The notes under the pieces: generated by a model
Databases searched by the model: none
What the model saw: only the letters and a program-made list of their open reading frames with translations
Told to the model about the DNA's origin: nothing
NCBI RefSeq assembly: GCF_964355755.1
Contig: NC_092671.1
Coordinates: 24,812,070 to 24,876,069 of the forward strand
DNA from: Antedon mediterranea
Lineage: Eukaryota; Animalia; Echinodermata
Length of the DNA: 64,000 nt
Direction of reading: 5' to 3'
Shown here: positions 28,801 through 43,800 of the stretch, piece by piece
Layout of the letters: each line of letters begins with the position of its first letter
Position numbering within the stretch: the stretch's first letter is position 1
Made by a program: the position numbers and the translations under genes

Positions 28801-31800
28801 AAATAATAAAATCGCAGCAACTTCTCTAGATGATCAGCATCACAGACACTAATCAATAGTAATGTCAATTTAATAATAATTTCAATTCTATCAACAACAA
28901 ATGTGATATCGCGATTTTAATGTGAATCTTTGTATAGCCACATGCACTGCTGGTTGTGCCTATAAGCAAAAGAGTATATGGATGTGTTTTATGGAAAAGT
29001 TAATGTAATTTGATTAATTTACACTCAACGAGTTCCTGTACCAAGTTGTATTCAGTACAAATTATCATATTTTTTTTGCAGCTGTGTGGATACTGTAGTT
29101 CTAAATGGAACAGGTGTACACACAATAATGATTATTATTAATGAAATTATTTCAACCTTACCACCTATCAATATATTAAACATTGCTCAAATTTCATGTT
29201 CACAACCATTGATGCTAAACATTAATATTAAAGTGGAACATGTTTATTTATTAATGTCTTCTCAACGCACAAAATGTTATCTCAGGGTTAAAATGTTATA
29301 CTACGTGACAGTGTACACTTTAAATACCAAAACATAATTTTGATTCAGGATTAGAGGAACTGCTACCGTCAGTTTTTCCCAAGGAACTATCATTTTTAGT
29401 ACTTAAAATATAATATATTATATTAATTGATTTAACATAAAAACAAAGCAAAGATCACAATAGCTAGTATTATCTGTAGGCCTAAACAAACATTCTTTTC
29501 AAAAGTTTTTATTTCTAAACTACATCATAGTTATTTTATCATGTTTGTAATATACAAACTTATGATAGATCTATAGGCAAACATTTACATTGCAGACTGA
29601 AATAAATACCAAACATCTATCGATCAATCAATTTTAATGAAATTGTATTTTTTTTAAAAAAAGATTTGTTAAGCATTAGGAAAGTAATACGTGAACCTAA
29701 AAGCTACCAAAGCTAGAAATATTCTGAATCTTTAAGCTGGTTCCCACTTGGACACAACATGGATGTAAAGTGCGTCACAAGTAATTTGCAATGGATCATC
29801 AAAACTGTCACTTGTGATTTATAAACTCACTTGTGTTGTGTGCTATGACATTGCACTGCATCCAAGTCATTATTGTAAAACCCTAAATTCTCAATCACAT
29901 ATTGCCTAGCAGTGAGATACTAGAGGGCTAATATCATTCATAATCAATTATTTGTTTCATTTGTTATTGAATTATTATTACAGACATTTAATGTTGCTTT
30001 TCCAATTTTTAAAAATATATCATGTATTAGTACTGCATCAAATTTGTCAATATTGATTTAATTCTACAAATTAAAAAATGGATACTTATGCCGTTTATTA
30101 GTATACAAATAATGAATGTTTAATGAGTTGGACGGTGAGTATGTTTCACAAGTTGAAAAATTGACGGCTCTATTTTTAATGAGGCAGGGCCGAGTAGAAA
30201 ATAGTGTAGAAGTGTCCATTATGTATATGTATCCATTAACGGAAGGGGTCTAAAAGTAGGTTTAACTTATTGTGGTACCTGTGGCCAGTATATAACAATA
30301 TCTATTAGTGTGTGTATCAGGGTACCTTTTACTATATCTATTATGGTCTGTATCAGGGTACCTTTTACTATATCTATTATGGTGTGTATCAGGGTACCTT
30401 TTACTATATCTATTATGGTGTGTATCAGGGTACCTTTTACTATATCTATTATGGTGTGTATCAGGGTACCTTTTACTATATCTATTATGGTGTGTATCAG
30501 GGTACCTTTTACTATATCTATTATGGTGTGTATCAGGGTACCTTTTACTATATCTATTATGGTGTGTATCATAGTACCTTTTACTATATCTATTATGGTC
30601 TGTATCAGGGTACCTTTTACTATATCTATTATGGTCTGTATCAGGGTACCTTTTACTATATCTATTATGGTGTGTATCAGGGTACCTTTTACTATATCTA
30701 TTATGGTCTGTATCAGGGTACCTTTTACTATATCTATTATGGTCTGTATCAGGGTACCTTTTACTATATCTATTATGGTGTGTATCAGGGTACCTTTTAC
30801 TATATCTATTATGGTGTGTATCAGGGTACCTTTTACTATATCTATTATGGTGTGTATCAGGGTACCTTTTACTATATCTATTATGGTGTGTATCAGGGTA
30901 CCTTTTACTATATCTATTATGGTGTGTATCAGGGTACCTTTTACTATATCTATTATGGTGTGTATCAGGGTACCTTTTACTATATCTATTATGGTGTGTA
31001 TCAGGGTACCTTTTACTATATCTATTATGGTGTGTATCAGGGTACCTTTTACTATATCTATTATGGTCTGTATCAGGGTACCTTTTACTATATCTATTAT
31101 GGTCTGTATCAGGGTACCTTTTACTATATCTATTATGGTGTGTATCAGGGTACCTTTTACTATATCTATTAGGGTCTGTATCAGGGTACCTTTTACTATA
31201 TCTATTATGGTCTGTATCAGGGTACCTTTTACAATATATATTATGGTTTGTATCAGGGTACCTTTTACTATATCTATTAGGGTGTGTATCAGGGTACCTT
31301 TTACTATATCTATTAGGGTGTGTATCAGGGTACCTTTTACTATATCTATTAGGGTCTGTATCAGGGTACCTTTTACTATATCTATTATGGTCTGTATCAG
31401 GGTACCTTTTACTATATCTATTATGGTGTGTATCATAGTACCTTTTACTATATCTATTATGGTGTGTATCAGGGTACCTTTTACTATATCTATTATGGTC
31501 TGTATCAGGGTACCTTTTACTATATCTATTATGGTCTGTATCAGGGTACCTTTTACTATATCTATTATGGTGTGTATCAGGGTACCTTTTACTATATCTA
31601 TTATGGTGTGTATCAGGGTACCTTTTACTATATCTATTATGGTGTGTATCAGGGTACCTTTTACTATATCTATTATGGTGTGTATCAGGGTACCTTTTAC
31701 TATATCTATTATGGTGTGTATCAGGGTACCTTTTACTATATCTATTATGGTGTGTATCAGGGTACCTTTTACTATATCTATTATGGTGTGTATCAGGGTA

Positions 31801-34800
31801 CCTTTTACTATATCTATTATGGTGTGTATCAGGGTACCTTTTACTATATCTATTATGGTGTGTATCAGGGTACCTTTTACTATATCTATTATGGTCTGTA
31901 TCAGGGTACCTTTTACTATATCTATTATGGTCTGTATCAGGGTACCTTTTACTATATCTATTATGGTGTGTATCAGGGTACCTTTTACTATATCTATTAG
32001 GGTCTGTATCAGGGTACCTTTTACTATATCTATTATGGTCTGTATCAGGGTACCTTTTACAATATATATTATGGTTTGTATCAGGGTACCTTTTACTATA
32101 TCTATTAGGGTGTGTATCAGGGTACCTTTTACTATATCTATTAGGGTGTGTATCAGGGTACCTTTTACTATATCTATTAGGGTCTGTATCAGGGTACCTT
32201 TTACTATATCTATTATGGTCTGTATCAGGGTACCTTTTACTATATCTATTATGGTCTGTATCAGGGTACCTTTTACTATATCTATTATGGTGTGTATCAG
32301 GGTACCTTTTACTATATCTATTATGGTGTGTATCAGGGTACCTTTTACTATATCTATTATGGTGTGTATCAGGGTACCTTTTACTATATCTATTAGGGTC
32401 TGTATCAGGGTACCTTTTACTATATCTATTAGGGTCTGTATCAGGGTACCTTTTACTATATCTATTAGGGTCTGTATCAGGGTACCTTTTACTATATCTA
32501 TTAGGGTCTGTATCAGGGTACCTTTTACTATATCTATTATGGTGTGTATCAGGGTACCTTTTACTATATCTATTATGGTCTGTATCAGGGTACCTTTTAC
32601 TATATCTATTATGGTCTGTATCAGGGTACCTTTTACTATATCTATTATGGTCTGTATCAGGGTACCTTTTACTATATCTATTATGGTCTGTATCAGGGTA
32701 CCTTTTACTATATCTATTATGGTGTGTATCAGGGTACCTTTTACTATATCTATTATGGTCTGTATCAGGGTATCTTTTACTATATCTATTATGGTCTGTA
32801 TCAGGGTACCTTTTACTATATCTATTAGGGTCTGTATCAGGGTACCTTTTACTATATCTATTAGGGTCTGTATCATGGTACCTTTTACTATATCTATTAG
32901 GGTGTGTATCAGGGTACCTTTAACTATATCTATTATGGTGTGTATCAGGGTACCTTTTACTATATCTATTAGGGTGTGTATCAGGGTACATTTTACTATA
33001 TCTATTAGGGTCTGTATCAGGGTACCTTTTACTATATCTATTATGGTCTGTATCAGGGTACCTTTTACAATATATATTATGGTTTGTATCAGGGTACCTT
33101 TTACTATATCTATTAGGGTGTGTATCAGGGTACCTTTTACTATATCTATTAGGGTGTGTATCAGGGTACCTTTTACTATATCTATTATGGTCTGTATCAG
33201 GGTACCTTTTACTATATCTATTAGGGTGTGTATCAGGGTACCTTTTACTATATCTATTATGGTCTGTATCAGGGTACCTTTTACTATATCTATTATGGTG
33301 TGTATCAGGGTACCTTTTACTATATCTATTATGGTCTGTATCAGGGTACCTTTTACTATATCTATTAGGGTGTGTATCAGGGTACCTTTTACTATATCTA
33401 TTATGGTCTGTATCAGGGTACCTTTTACTATATCTATTAGGGTGTGTATCAGGGTACCTTTTACTATATCTATTAGGGTGTGTATCAGGGTACCTTTTAC
33501 TATATCTATTATGGTGTGTATCAGGGTACCTTTTACTATATCTATTATGGTGTGTATCAGGGTACCTTTTACTATATCTATTAGGGTCTGTATCAGGGTA
33601 CCTTTTACTATATCTATTATGGTGTGTATCAGGGTACCTTTTACTATATCTATTATGGTGTGTATCAGGGTACCTTTTACTATATCTATTATGGTGTGTA
33701 TCAGGGTACCTTTTACTATATCTATTAGGGTCTGTATCAGGGTACCTTTTACTATATCTATTATGGTGTGTATCAGGGTACCTTTTACTATATCTATTAT
33801 GGTGTGTATCAGGGTACCTTTTACTATATCTATTAGGGTGTGTATCAGGGTACCTTTTACTATATCTATTATGGTGTGTATCAGGGTACCTTTTACTATA
33901 TCTATTATGGTCTGTATCAGGGTACCTTTTACTATATCTATTATGGTCTGTATCAGGGTACCTTTTACTATATCTATTAGGGTCTGTATCAGGGTACCTT
34001 TTACTATATCTATTAGGGTCTGTATCAGGGTACCTTTTACTATATCTATTATGGTCTGTATCAGGGTACCTTTTATTATATCTATTAGGGTCTGTATCAG
34101 GGTACCTTTTACTATATCTATTATGGTGTGTATCAGGGTACCTTTTACTATATCTATTATGGTCTGTATCATGGTACCTTTTACTATATCTATTAGGGTG
34201 TGTATCAGGGTACCTTTTACTATATCTATTAGGGTGTGTATCAGGGTACCTTTTACTATATCTATTAGGGTGTGTATCAGGGTACCTTTTACTATATCTA
34301 TTAGGGTGTGTATCAGGGTACCTTTTACTATATCTATTAGGGTCTGTATCAGGGTACCTTTTACTATATCTATTAGGGTCTGTATCAGGGTACCTTTTAC
34401 TATATCTATTATGGTCTGTATCAGGGTACCTTTTACTATATCTATTATGGTCTGTATCAGGGTACCTTTTACTATATCTATTATGGTCTGTATCAGGGTA
34501 CCTTTTACTATATCTATTATGGTGTGTATCAGGGTACCTTTTACTATATCTATTATGGTGTGTATCAGGGTACCTTTTACTATATCTATTAGGGTCTGTA
34601 TCAGGGTACCTTTTACTATATCTATTATGGTCTGTATCAGGGTACCTTTTACTATATCTATTATGGTCTGTATCAGGGTACCTTTTACTATATCTATTAT
34701 GGTCTGTATCAGGGTACCTTTTACTATATCTATCAGGGTCTGTATCAGGGTACCTTTTACTATATCTATTAGGGTCTGTATCAGGGTACCTTTTACTATA

Positions 34801-37800
34801 TCTATTATGGTGTGTATCAGGGTACCTTTTACTATATCTATTATGGTGTGTATCAGGGTACCTTTTACTATATCTATTATGGTGTGTATCAGGGTACCTT
34901 TTACTATATCTATTATGGTGTGTATCAGGGTACCTTTTACTATATCTATTATGGTCTGTATCAGGGTACCTTTTACTATATCTATTATGGTCTGTATCAG
35001 GGTACCTTTTACTATATCTATTAGGGTGTGTATCAGGGTACCTTTTACTATATCTATTATGGTCTGTATCAGGGTACCTTTTACTATATCTATTAGGGTC
35101 TGTATCAGGGTACCTTTTACTATATCTATTATGGTCTGTATCAGGGTACCTTTTACTATATCTATTATGGTCTGTATCAGGGTACCTTTTACTATATCTA
35201 TTATGGTCTGTATCAGGGTACCTTTTACTATATCTATTATGGTGTGTATCAGGGTACCTTTTACTATATCTATTATGGTGTGTATCAGGGTACCTTTTAC
35301 TATATCTATTATGGTGTGTATCAGGGTACCTTTTACTATATATATTATGGTGTGTATCAGGGTACCTTTTACTATATCTATTATGGTCTGTATCAGGGTA
35401 CCTTTTACTATATCTATTAGGGTCTGTATCAGGGTACCTTTTACTATATCTATTATGGTGTGTATCAGGGTACCTTTTACTATATCTATTATGGTCTGTA
35501 TCAGGGTACCTTTTACTATATCTATTAGGGTCTGTATCAGGGTACCTTTTACTATATCCGAGTTAATTCTAAAAGAGTCAAGGTCTCCTCTATTTATATA
35601 CTGTAATCCCTCCCCAGACAATTAAATTATATAATGACTCACTTAATCTAATCAAAATCATAATTATAAGTACAAATTTATGCCTCTTTATTTGTCATAC
35701 CTGACTAGATAAATCAATATGATTGGTTAAATAGGATAGTGAAACTATTTAAAATTTTAAAAGGCGGAAATTTAATATTGCAGAACATAGTAATGACATG
35801 AAGTGCTACTAAAATGTTAATAAAGTAGCAGGATAGTTTTCCAATTCCCCGGGTTTTCTAATTTCCTGAATATTTCCCATGATAACATGTGCTCAACTGC
35901 ACAAGCTGTTATTATTTCTATCCTTGCTTCTGTTTGACCACGTTTTATTTATAATTTATTAGGCCTAGTCTTGGTTGCGATGCCTTTTTCACATTCTCAC
36001 AGAATTCACTATCTTTATCATTTCTAAATGAATGCCCCCGCTTTATGAATTAATAAACTGAAAGATGAGGGTTTATCGATTTGATCTGTTGGCGCATACA
36101 ATTGAGAACTAGTGCTATTGCTATTTAATTTCTCACCAATCATGCATTAGAGTAATATATATATTTTTTAATTGTGTCCCCCTAAGTTACTACAATTACT
36201 GTTCTTTGTCAAATATCTTTCCAATAGAAATTCCATTGGTGTGAAAAGAGATTTAGAGATAGCAAACTAGCAATTAACCTTCTGTTGATACTCTTTCAAA
36301 TAGAAATATCAACACTGAATTTATTGGAATAAATATCACAGGTATTTATTGTTCAGGAGGGTTTTTAGGAATAAAATAAAAATTAATACTTAGAAATTAT
36401 AAATAATTCAGAATTTCTATCTAATCTTTAACCATTTTTAACCTAACCTGGACTTTTGTATTTTATTCTGGTGAGTCCTCCACTAATTTATATTTTATCA
36501 AGTGTTTGATAACTGATTGACAGTGTATATGTAGATCATGTGTTGTCAGTTGCTGATGCACAAGCTTGATTATTTACAAAGCAGTATTAAGAACAATCTT
36601 TCTTAACCAATCTATGCGTAAAGTTTTAACACAACAAAAGTTCCATATCCAGTATTCTTTTTTTAAACAGTGTACAAGAAATACTAGGTCTATAAAAATG
36701 TTGTATGGTCGTTAATAATTCAGAATTTTATTCTTGATGTAAATACAATTCTTTTATAGTTTGTTTATAAACCTAAAAAAGGTTAAAAATGTGAGTGTCA
36801 CAAGTGACATAAGTTGTATATATAGACTGTATATAGTATTTTCACTTTCCCTTTGTTTTCACTATTTGAACTTTTCTTTTGTTTAGGAAGCTATTGTGTG
36901 AAGCCAGTAGAGCAGAGTATTGTGTTGCAGTCTCTGATTGGTGGAGAAGTATAAGAGTTAAATCAGGGTGTGAGGTGCTGATTGGTGGAGAAGGATAAGG
37001 AGGTTGTGTGTGTGCAATTGAGGGATTTTTTAGGGAGATGAAAAATGATAGGAGAGGGAGATGAAAAATGATAGGAGACAGAGAAGGAGTGCTACATATG
37101 GTAAGCAAGGAAAGGAGAACATTGATATGAGAAACTAAGGCGTTCAGGAAGAGAAAGTAATGGTGTTATGGTGATGTAGAGGTGAAGCAAAAAGGAAATA
37201 AACTGATATACACAAAAGTAAAAGAAATAGTGAGTTGGAAGTAATACTATAAGGCTTTAATTGTTGAGATTATGGGAGATCAAAATGTAATTGTATGGAA
37301 ATTGAATAAAGGAATAATACAAATAGCAGAGTAGTTGCTTCACTTGAATTATCGAGACCTTTGTTTAAATCATTGGAGAGTAATTGTATGCGGGAATGGG
37401 AGTAACAGCAGAATGGGAGCAAAGGCATGAGTGTTAATTTATTTATATGCCAGTATCGGAGACGGAAGAGGACAAAAAGTACTTGTTTAATTATATATTC
37501 TGGGGTATTACTGTAAATGCGCTTGTAGGGGGATTTCTGGGAGTTTGTTGAAACTTTGTCTGGAAGGATTGGGAAGTTGGGAGAGTTATAGAAATTGTGT
37601 TGGAAAGAGGGATACTGTCAGGGATTGATTATTGCTTGAGAATTAGGTTGGGGGTTGTTTTTTGTGGGGAATTTTTTTGGTTGGGATTTAGGAAGAAAAG
37701 AATTGTTTTGCCAAGCGTTTATTATTAAATTTACTTTTACATATTATTGAGAGTTGTACAGTTGTGGCAATTTCACGTCGTTCACTGGTGGTTAAAATAA

Positions 37801-40800
37801 TTTACATGTCCGAAAGAGCCGTAGTTGTGGCTGTGTGACAGTGAGCCCTTATTAATACTTTCTTATCCCCTGCCGTACTTACATACAGTACAACCACATA
37901 TGGCACAGACAATCTACATCAAAGCATTTTATGACAATCAATGATTATGCAATCTGGGCCACAGGAAACTATAATTATATACAAACTTCCAAAACCTGTA
38001 TAATTTGGAAACTGCCCGGCATATATACTTTCCATTTCAATTGCAAATATGTTTATTGATATTATTACATCCCGGGGGACAAAAAATATGAGTCAGCAGA
38101 TGATCGTCAATTGGCAGTTAACTCAATTAATTGGGATTAATTCAAATCTTCTGATTTCCATCCCCCTAATCCACAATTATAGATCTAGATGTCCAGTCAC
38201 ATTTAGTTTTAATTATGACGTGAAGAAAAATCAATTGGATATAGTAAAAACTGATACAGATCTCATATTTCCCTTTGGCAATTATTTGTTAGTTCAATTT
38301 AAGTACAGATTTTGGTGTACCAACGACAAAATTTGATTTAATATGACTCAAGCTCCGTTTGTTTGCCTCACGATCTAAAGCTTCCATTATTGGTATCTCA
38401 AACTTGGCTTGATAAAACAGTATCGGACTCAGAAGTGAACATTGAAGGCTATGTTATTCAACATAAAGACTGATCCAGGCATGGGGCATTTTTATAAGAG
38501 ATGATCCTCCAGGTAATTTTGAGCTTGTGATGGTTTTTACCTCTTGTTGCCAAAATCTAAACCTATCACAGTCGGTTGTTTTTACCGACCGGCCAACAAT
38601 AGTAAATTCCTTGAAAAATTTGAACCTGTCTTGTCCACTTTAAGGTCAGACTGTGAATCCTACCTTCTTGGGGATACCAACACTGTCTAACTCAAATTAT
38701 TACTTCTATTACACGAATTGGTAAAACTTCCTCATCATCTTGAGATCATATTCTGTGTAACTCAACCGATAGAGTGAACTACACTTAATACAGGCATGAG
38801 TGATCATCTTGCTATATATTGTACTGAAGTCCCTAGATTTAAGTCCAATGCCCACAATACAATTTAAATTTGATCTACCCAACGTTATAGGTAATAAACT
38901 GTCTTAACAGAATTATCTGGGCTGATATTGTCAACAGCACTAATGTAAATCATGCATGGGAAGAACTTAAACGTTTATTTCTGAAAGTTATTGATGAAAT
39001 TGCTTCCATTAAAGAAATCCGATTAAATGTCGCATAGAACCTTGGATGAGTGACGAGATTTATTCATCAACGAGATAAATACTTATACTTATTTTAGAAA
39101 GAATAATAGCCAAGATGATATTTATAAAAAATACACTAAATTGAAGAAACAAAATCCAAAAAGATTTACAAAAGGCCAAAGCAAACTATTTAGAAAAAAA
39201 TGTAAAGAACGTAAAAGTGACTCTAAAAAACTCTGGAAGCACCTGAAAAACTTGGCTCTGAACAAACCAAAAGGTCTTCAACCAAAATAGTTCTCGAATC
39301 TAGTGGCATTCTTTACCACGACCCTTATAAATTAGCCAATCTAATGAATTCGTTTTTCGCTAGTGAATAAGCTTCCAGGGTAAAGGTCTTTTTAGTATGT
39401 CCTTCTATATTTTTAAATCATTCTACCAAAATATAAAAGTGAAGCCTAATAGTTTCACTCTTGACGAAGATGATATTTGTTTAAGGCTTGAGAAAATTAA
39501 TTCTAATAAAAGTACTGGACTGGATTCCATTCCACCTAAATTTTTAAAGAATGGCTCATCAATTCTGAAGATTCCCTTAACCAGTGTGATAAAATTGTCT
39601 ATACAATCTGGAGTTTTCCCAGACGATTTTAAACATGCCAAAGTTAAGCCTCTTTACAAGAAAAATTGTAGAAATGAGGTCAGGAATTACCGTTCTATTA
39701 GCATTCTTTCATGTGTTTCGAAAATCATTGAATCGGTTGTAAATGAACAACTCCACTCGTATTATTCCACCGACACTAGTCTTATTAACCTGCAAGATGA
39801 ATTGAAAACTGAGGCGAGGAAAGGAAACCTTGCAGGTATGGTCCTTATTGATGTTCAGAAGGCATTTGATACCATTAATCATAATATTTTTTGATAATAA
39901 ACTGATGGAAATGAGATTTGATAAAAACTCCCTCAAATAGTTTAAATAATATTTTAGTAATCAAAACCAGGTTGTTGAAACTAATGGTGTAAAATCTATT
40001 CCTCTTGGTATCAAATGTGGTGTTCGAAAAGGCAGCATCATTGGTCCAACTTTATTTTTGTGCTACATAAAGGATTTACCTTCCAGTGTAACATGTAAAG
40101 TTCTCATGTATACTGATGATACAGCTCTGATCGTTTATGGGAAAGACACCAAGAGTACCTCAGATTCGCTTACCTGAAATCTTGAAAGCTGTAATTAATG
40201 GTTTATCGATAAATTATCTATTCACCCTGCAAAAACTGAATCCATACTCTTTGGATCCCACAAGCGAAAGCCAAATATAATGAATTTAAAGTATTGCTTG
40301 ACAACAAAGACGTTGTATATAGATCTTATGTTAAATATCTTGTTTGATAATAATTTTAACGGTACCATGGCCTATTCTGTTATTATAAAAACAAATGGTC
40401 ACCCTAAATTTCTTTACCGTAATATTAAATTACTTGATCAAAAAACCAGAAAATTATTATCTAATCTAAAATCTTATCGAAAGTCACCAAGACTATGCCT
40501 TCACCTCTTAGTTCTCTGTACTCAATCTAGACCTAAAGAAGAAACTCCAAAACAAGACTGTACGTTTCATTCTTAATCGGTCCCTGTGAGCATATTAGTA
40601 AAATTGAACTAGACAAGGTTAGATATTTTTTAGTAATATAATAATATTTAAAAATATTGAAAGCAGTTAAAATGTTTAAAAAAATATTGAAAGCAGTGTA
40701 CAATTATTACAACTATCTCATGTCCATAAGATTTTTCATAATAACTCTGTACCCTATATGGCCACCCACTTTGAAAGAATTAACAGTTACCACACCTACC

Positions 40801-43800
40801 ACATAAGAAATAGTCAGTTAAAGTTTAGGATACCTTCTGCAATTGGAAATGTAATACCACTTTTTATTATCGTGGAATAAAAGCTTGGAACAATTTACCT
40901 AATGTTAAAAAGCACTTATCGCGTCTTATGCCATTATAACAAATTAATACTATATTCTAGATTCATGCTATATCATCCAATTGCTATTGTCTCATATTTT
41001 AAAATGTTTAAATTGTATATCTTCTGCCGTATTTTATTTACCTCCACCATATTTTATTTACCCCCGCCAAGGAGGTATATGTACTGTAATCGATCGCATG
41101 TGTTTGTTTGTTTGTTTGTTAGCAGGATTACTCAAAAAGTAATTTCAAGATCTTTCTAAAAATGAAAATACAGATAGATACGAGGACCACTCCATTAAAT
41201 TTTGGAGGCTATCCGGACCACGGTCCTAATTCTCGACCACTTTTTAGAATTATTTTCAGACCTGCTAGTGTTAAAAGATAGGACAGAATTTTCAAAAGCC
41301 GGTGAGCAGTCTTATATAAAAAGTAAACTAAAATTGCATTTTCTCGAGAACTACTTCTCCACAAAACTTCATTTTTGTTCAAGAGGCAAGTATTATAATT
41401 TGTGGTTTGTAATTTTAAAACATAATTAGATTTAATGTACACGTTTTTTGATGCGAGTAGTTTAAAAAACCTACACCTTTGTTTTTCGGGTTGCTGTTCT
41501 ATTGTTAGTCAGCTGAAGCTATTGTTAGTTGAAAGGCTGGTTATATAACCATTACACCAAACTCGCATACACATGCTTGTATTGAAATTAGCCTAAATCA
41601 CACAATTTTTCCAGAGACTAAACATGTAGAAGAATTTTACTCTGGGAGTGGCTTTCTAGTTGTTATGTGTGTTTGTTTGTATGTTTAAGCTCTTTGTTGT
41701 GATTGTCTATGTCGTTTTTAAAAGGACCCCATTGGAATTAAGTTGATTTTTTCTTCGACTTTATGGGCTATCCTTGGTTTTTTATTTAATGTATTTGCTT
41801 GTAAGTTATTTGTATTCCTATTGTCTTATAATCTTATGTTGAAACCGAATAAAATCAAATCAAAAACTAAACATTTACCAAAACCTTTACAATCTTATGA
41901 ATTGAAATAGTTTGCCAAATGAAGTCGTCATTTCCGAAACCACCAACACATTAAAAAACCGACTAGATTCGTTGTAGAAATGGGGTTAAAAAAGCACACA
42001 CCGCCTAAACTTAACCATCAAAACTAAACTAAACAACGTATTATATGAGAGGGATGCTCTCCCGGTGGAATAATATCCTGAGTCAGATGAGAGTGTGTCA
42101 TATTGTACTCAAGACCTTGACCTTTCAAGGTCCTTCTTGAGGATACCAGCTTAGGAAATACATCTGAACTTGCTTGTGTCATGGAGGACCGCAAAACTTG
42201 GAAATCTAGCTATGATGATGTCTGATTGATGAAGATGGTCGACTGCGATCGATATATGATGATATGATATTGTACTCAGTCACCAGAGATTCCAAAATAA
42301 AAGATTGAATTAAAATAATCATCATTAAAAGTTGAGTATGTTAAAAATTAAAATCCAATTCAACCTCAATGTAGAGAAGTTTTCAAGAAGATAACAAAGA
42401 TTTTTTTTTTCTTATAACAAACAAAACCATTCTTAACACTAAATGAAATTTTTCCAAGTTTTCTCTAACTTTCAAAGTAAATATAATGGTGAATTACTTG
42501 AACTGACACTTTTTAAAAGCTGAAACAAAAGGATGTAAATTCACAAAGAAACACGATTTTTAAAGATGTCTGTCCCCCAAATTAATTAGTCAGATGTTTG
42601 CCCTATTCTGATTTTACTTTATACAAGTAAATTTGAGAACAAAAATCAAAATTAATTCTGGATCTAGAACCCTTAGAACTTACCATGATCATAATTAGCT
42701 CCTTAATGCAAAGCAACTTTGGAGTGGATATTAAAATATCATTCAATTATCAATGTTCTATTAATGATTTTTAGAAGATATGTTATTTTTTTGTATGTTA
42801 TTTTGATTAATAAATGGATATATGTTAAAATATATAAAACGTAACATCAAATGCAATACCGTAAAATGAGGTATCCATTGCCGGATGTACCTTATGTTCA
42901 CATTTGATATTAATACTTTGTTAGTCTACAAATTTGTTAATAATCCATCTTGTTTAATATAAGACTGAATCACTCATAATTAGCAACTGTACCTGGAAAA
43001 ATCAATGACGATGATATTGTATACAAAAATTACCATGAAAAAATTGACATCAAACTCCTGAAGTTACATGTGAGTGGGAACAGTTTCTAAATCAACAAAT
43101 TACACTATTTATTATTCCTTTTTCCTGTCTGTCTACACTATATTTAGAATATCGATAACAATGTCAAGTGTTAAGTTTCGATTTCCATTGCATTATAAGA
43201 ATTTTGTTTTTACTATATTGTGGGAAATTTTGAGCAATAAGGGAGAAACGACAGTAATGTATATATTTCTTGGCAAGCACTGCATGCTGAACATAGTATG
43301 TTAACAGTAAATAATCTAAAAACAAACAACATTGCAACTGTGTACTTAAACTGACTTTCAAACACATCCAGCAGTGAAAGATTTGACAATTACATGATGG
43401 AGAAACTTTACTATACTATAAAGTCATTTAGCCTCATTTAAGGCTTAGTAGAGGAGTAGTAACATTTGTGAGTTACAACCCTGACACTCGACCTTGGGAT
43501 TGAAAGGCAAGCATGTTAGGGTTTATTCAGATCTATGGAGTTATGCTTTTGCATAGGCAAAAAAGGTGATATTATAATTAATATATTATAATAATACAAT
43601 AGCAGCAAAGTGTTCAGACTCGCTTAACGCTTTCGTTAGAAACTGAAGTATCACAGATTCATGGCGAACATGCAAGAGTGAAGTTGATGGGTTGGAGGTC
43701 AAAATTCTTAATGCATGAATTTCGTATCGTAAGCATTGCTCTTGTACCTTACGCTGTCATAGGTGGCTTCCACTAATCTTTTCCTGGTTCAGACCTATGG

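Noticed and set aside
12148-35558. Tandem arrays as CRISPR arrays
   Set aside because: There are no unique spacers and no cas genes, and the context is eukaryotic intron.
30267-35625. 1784-aa and 1771-aa ORFs as genes or as a giant PITRM1 cassette exon
   Set aside because: They are products of a stop-free 36-bp unit with non-ATG starts. The candidate acceptor near 35570 enters in phase 2 while the host intron is phase 0, and phase-0 entry hits TAA immediately.
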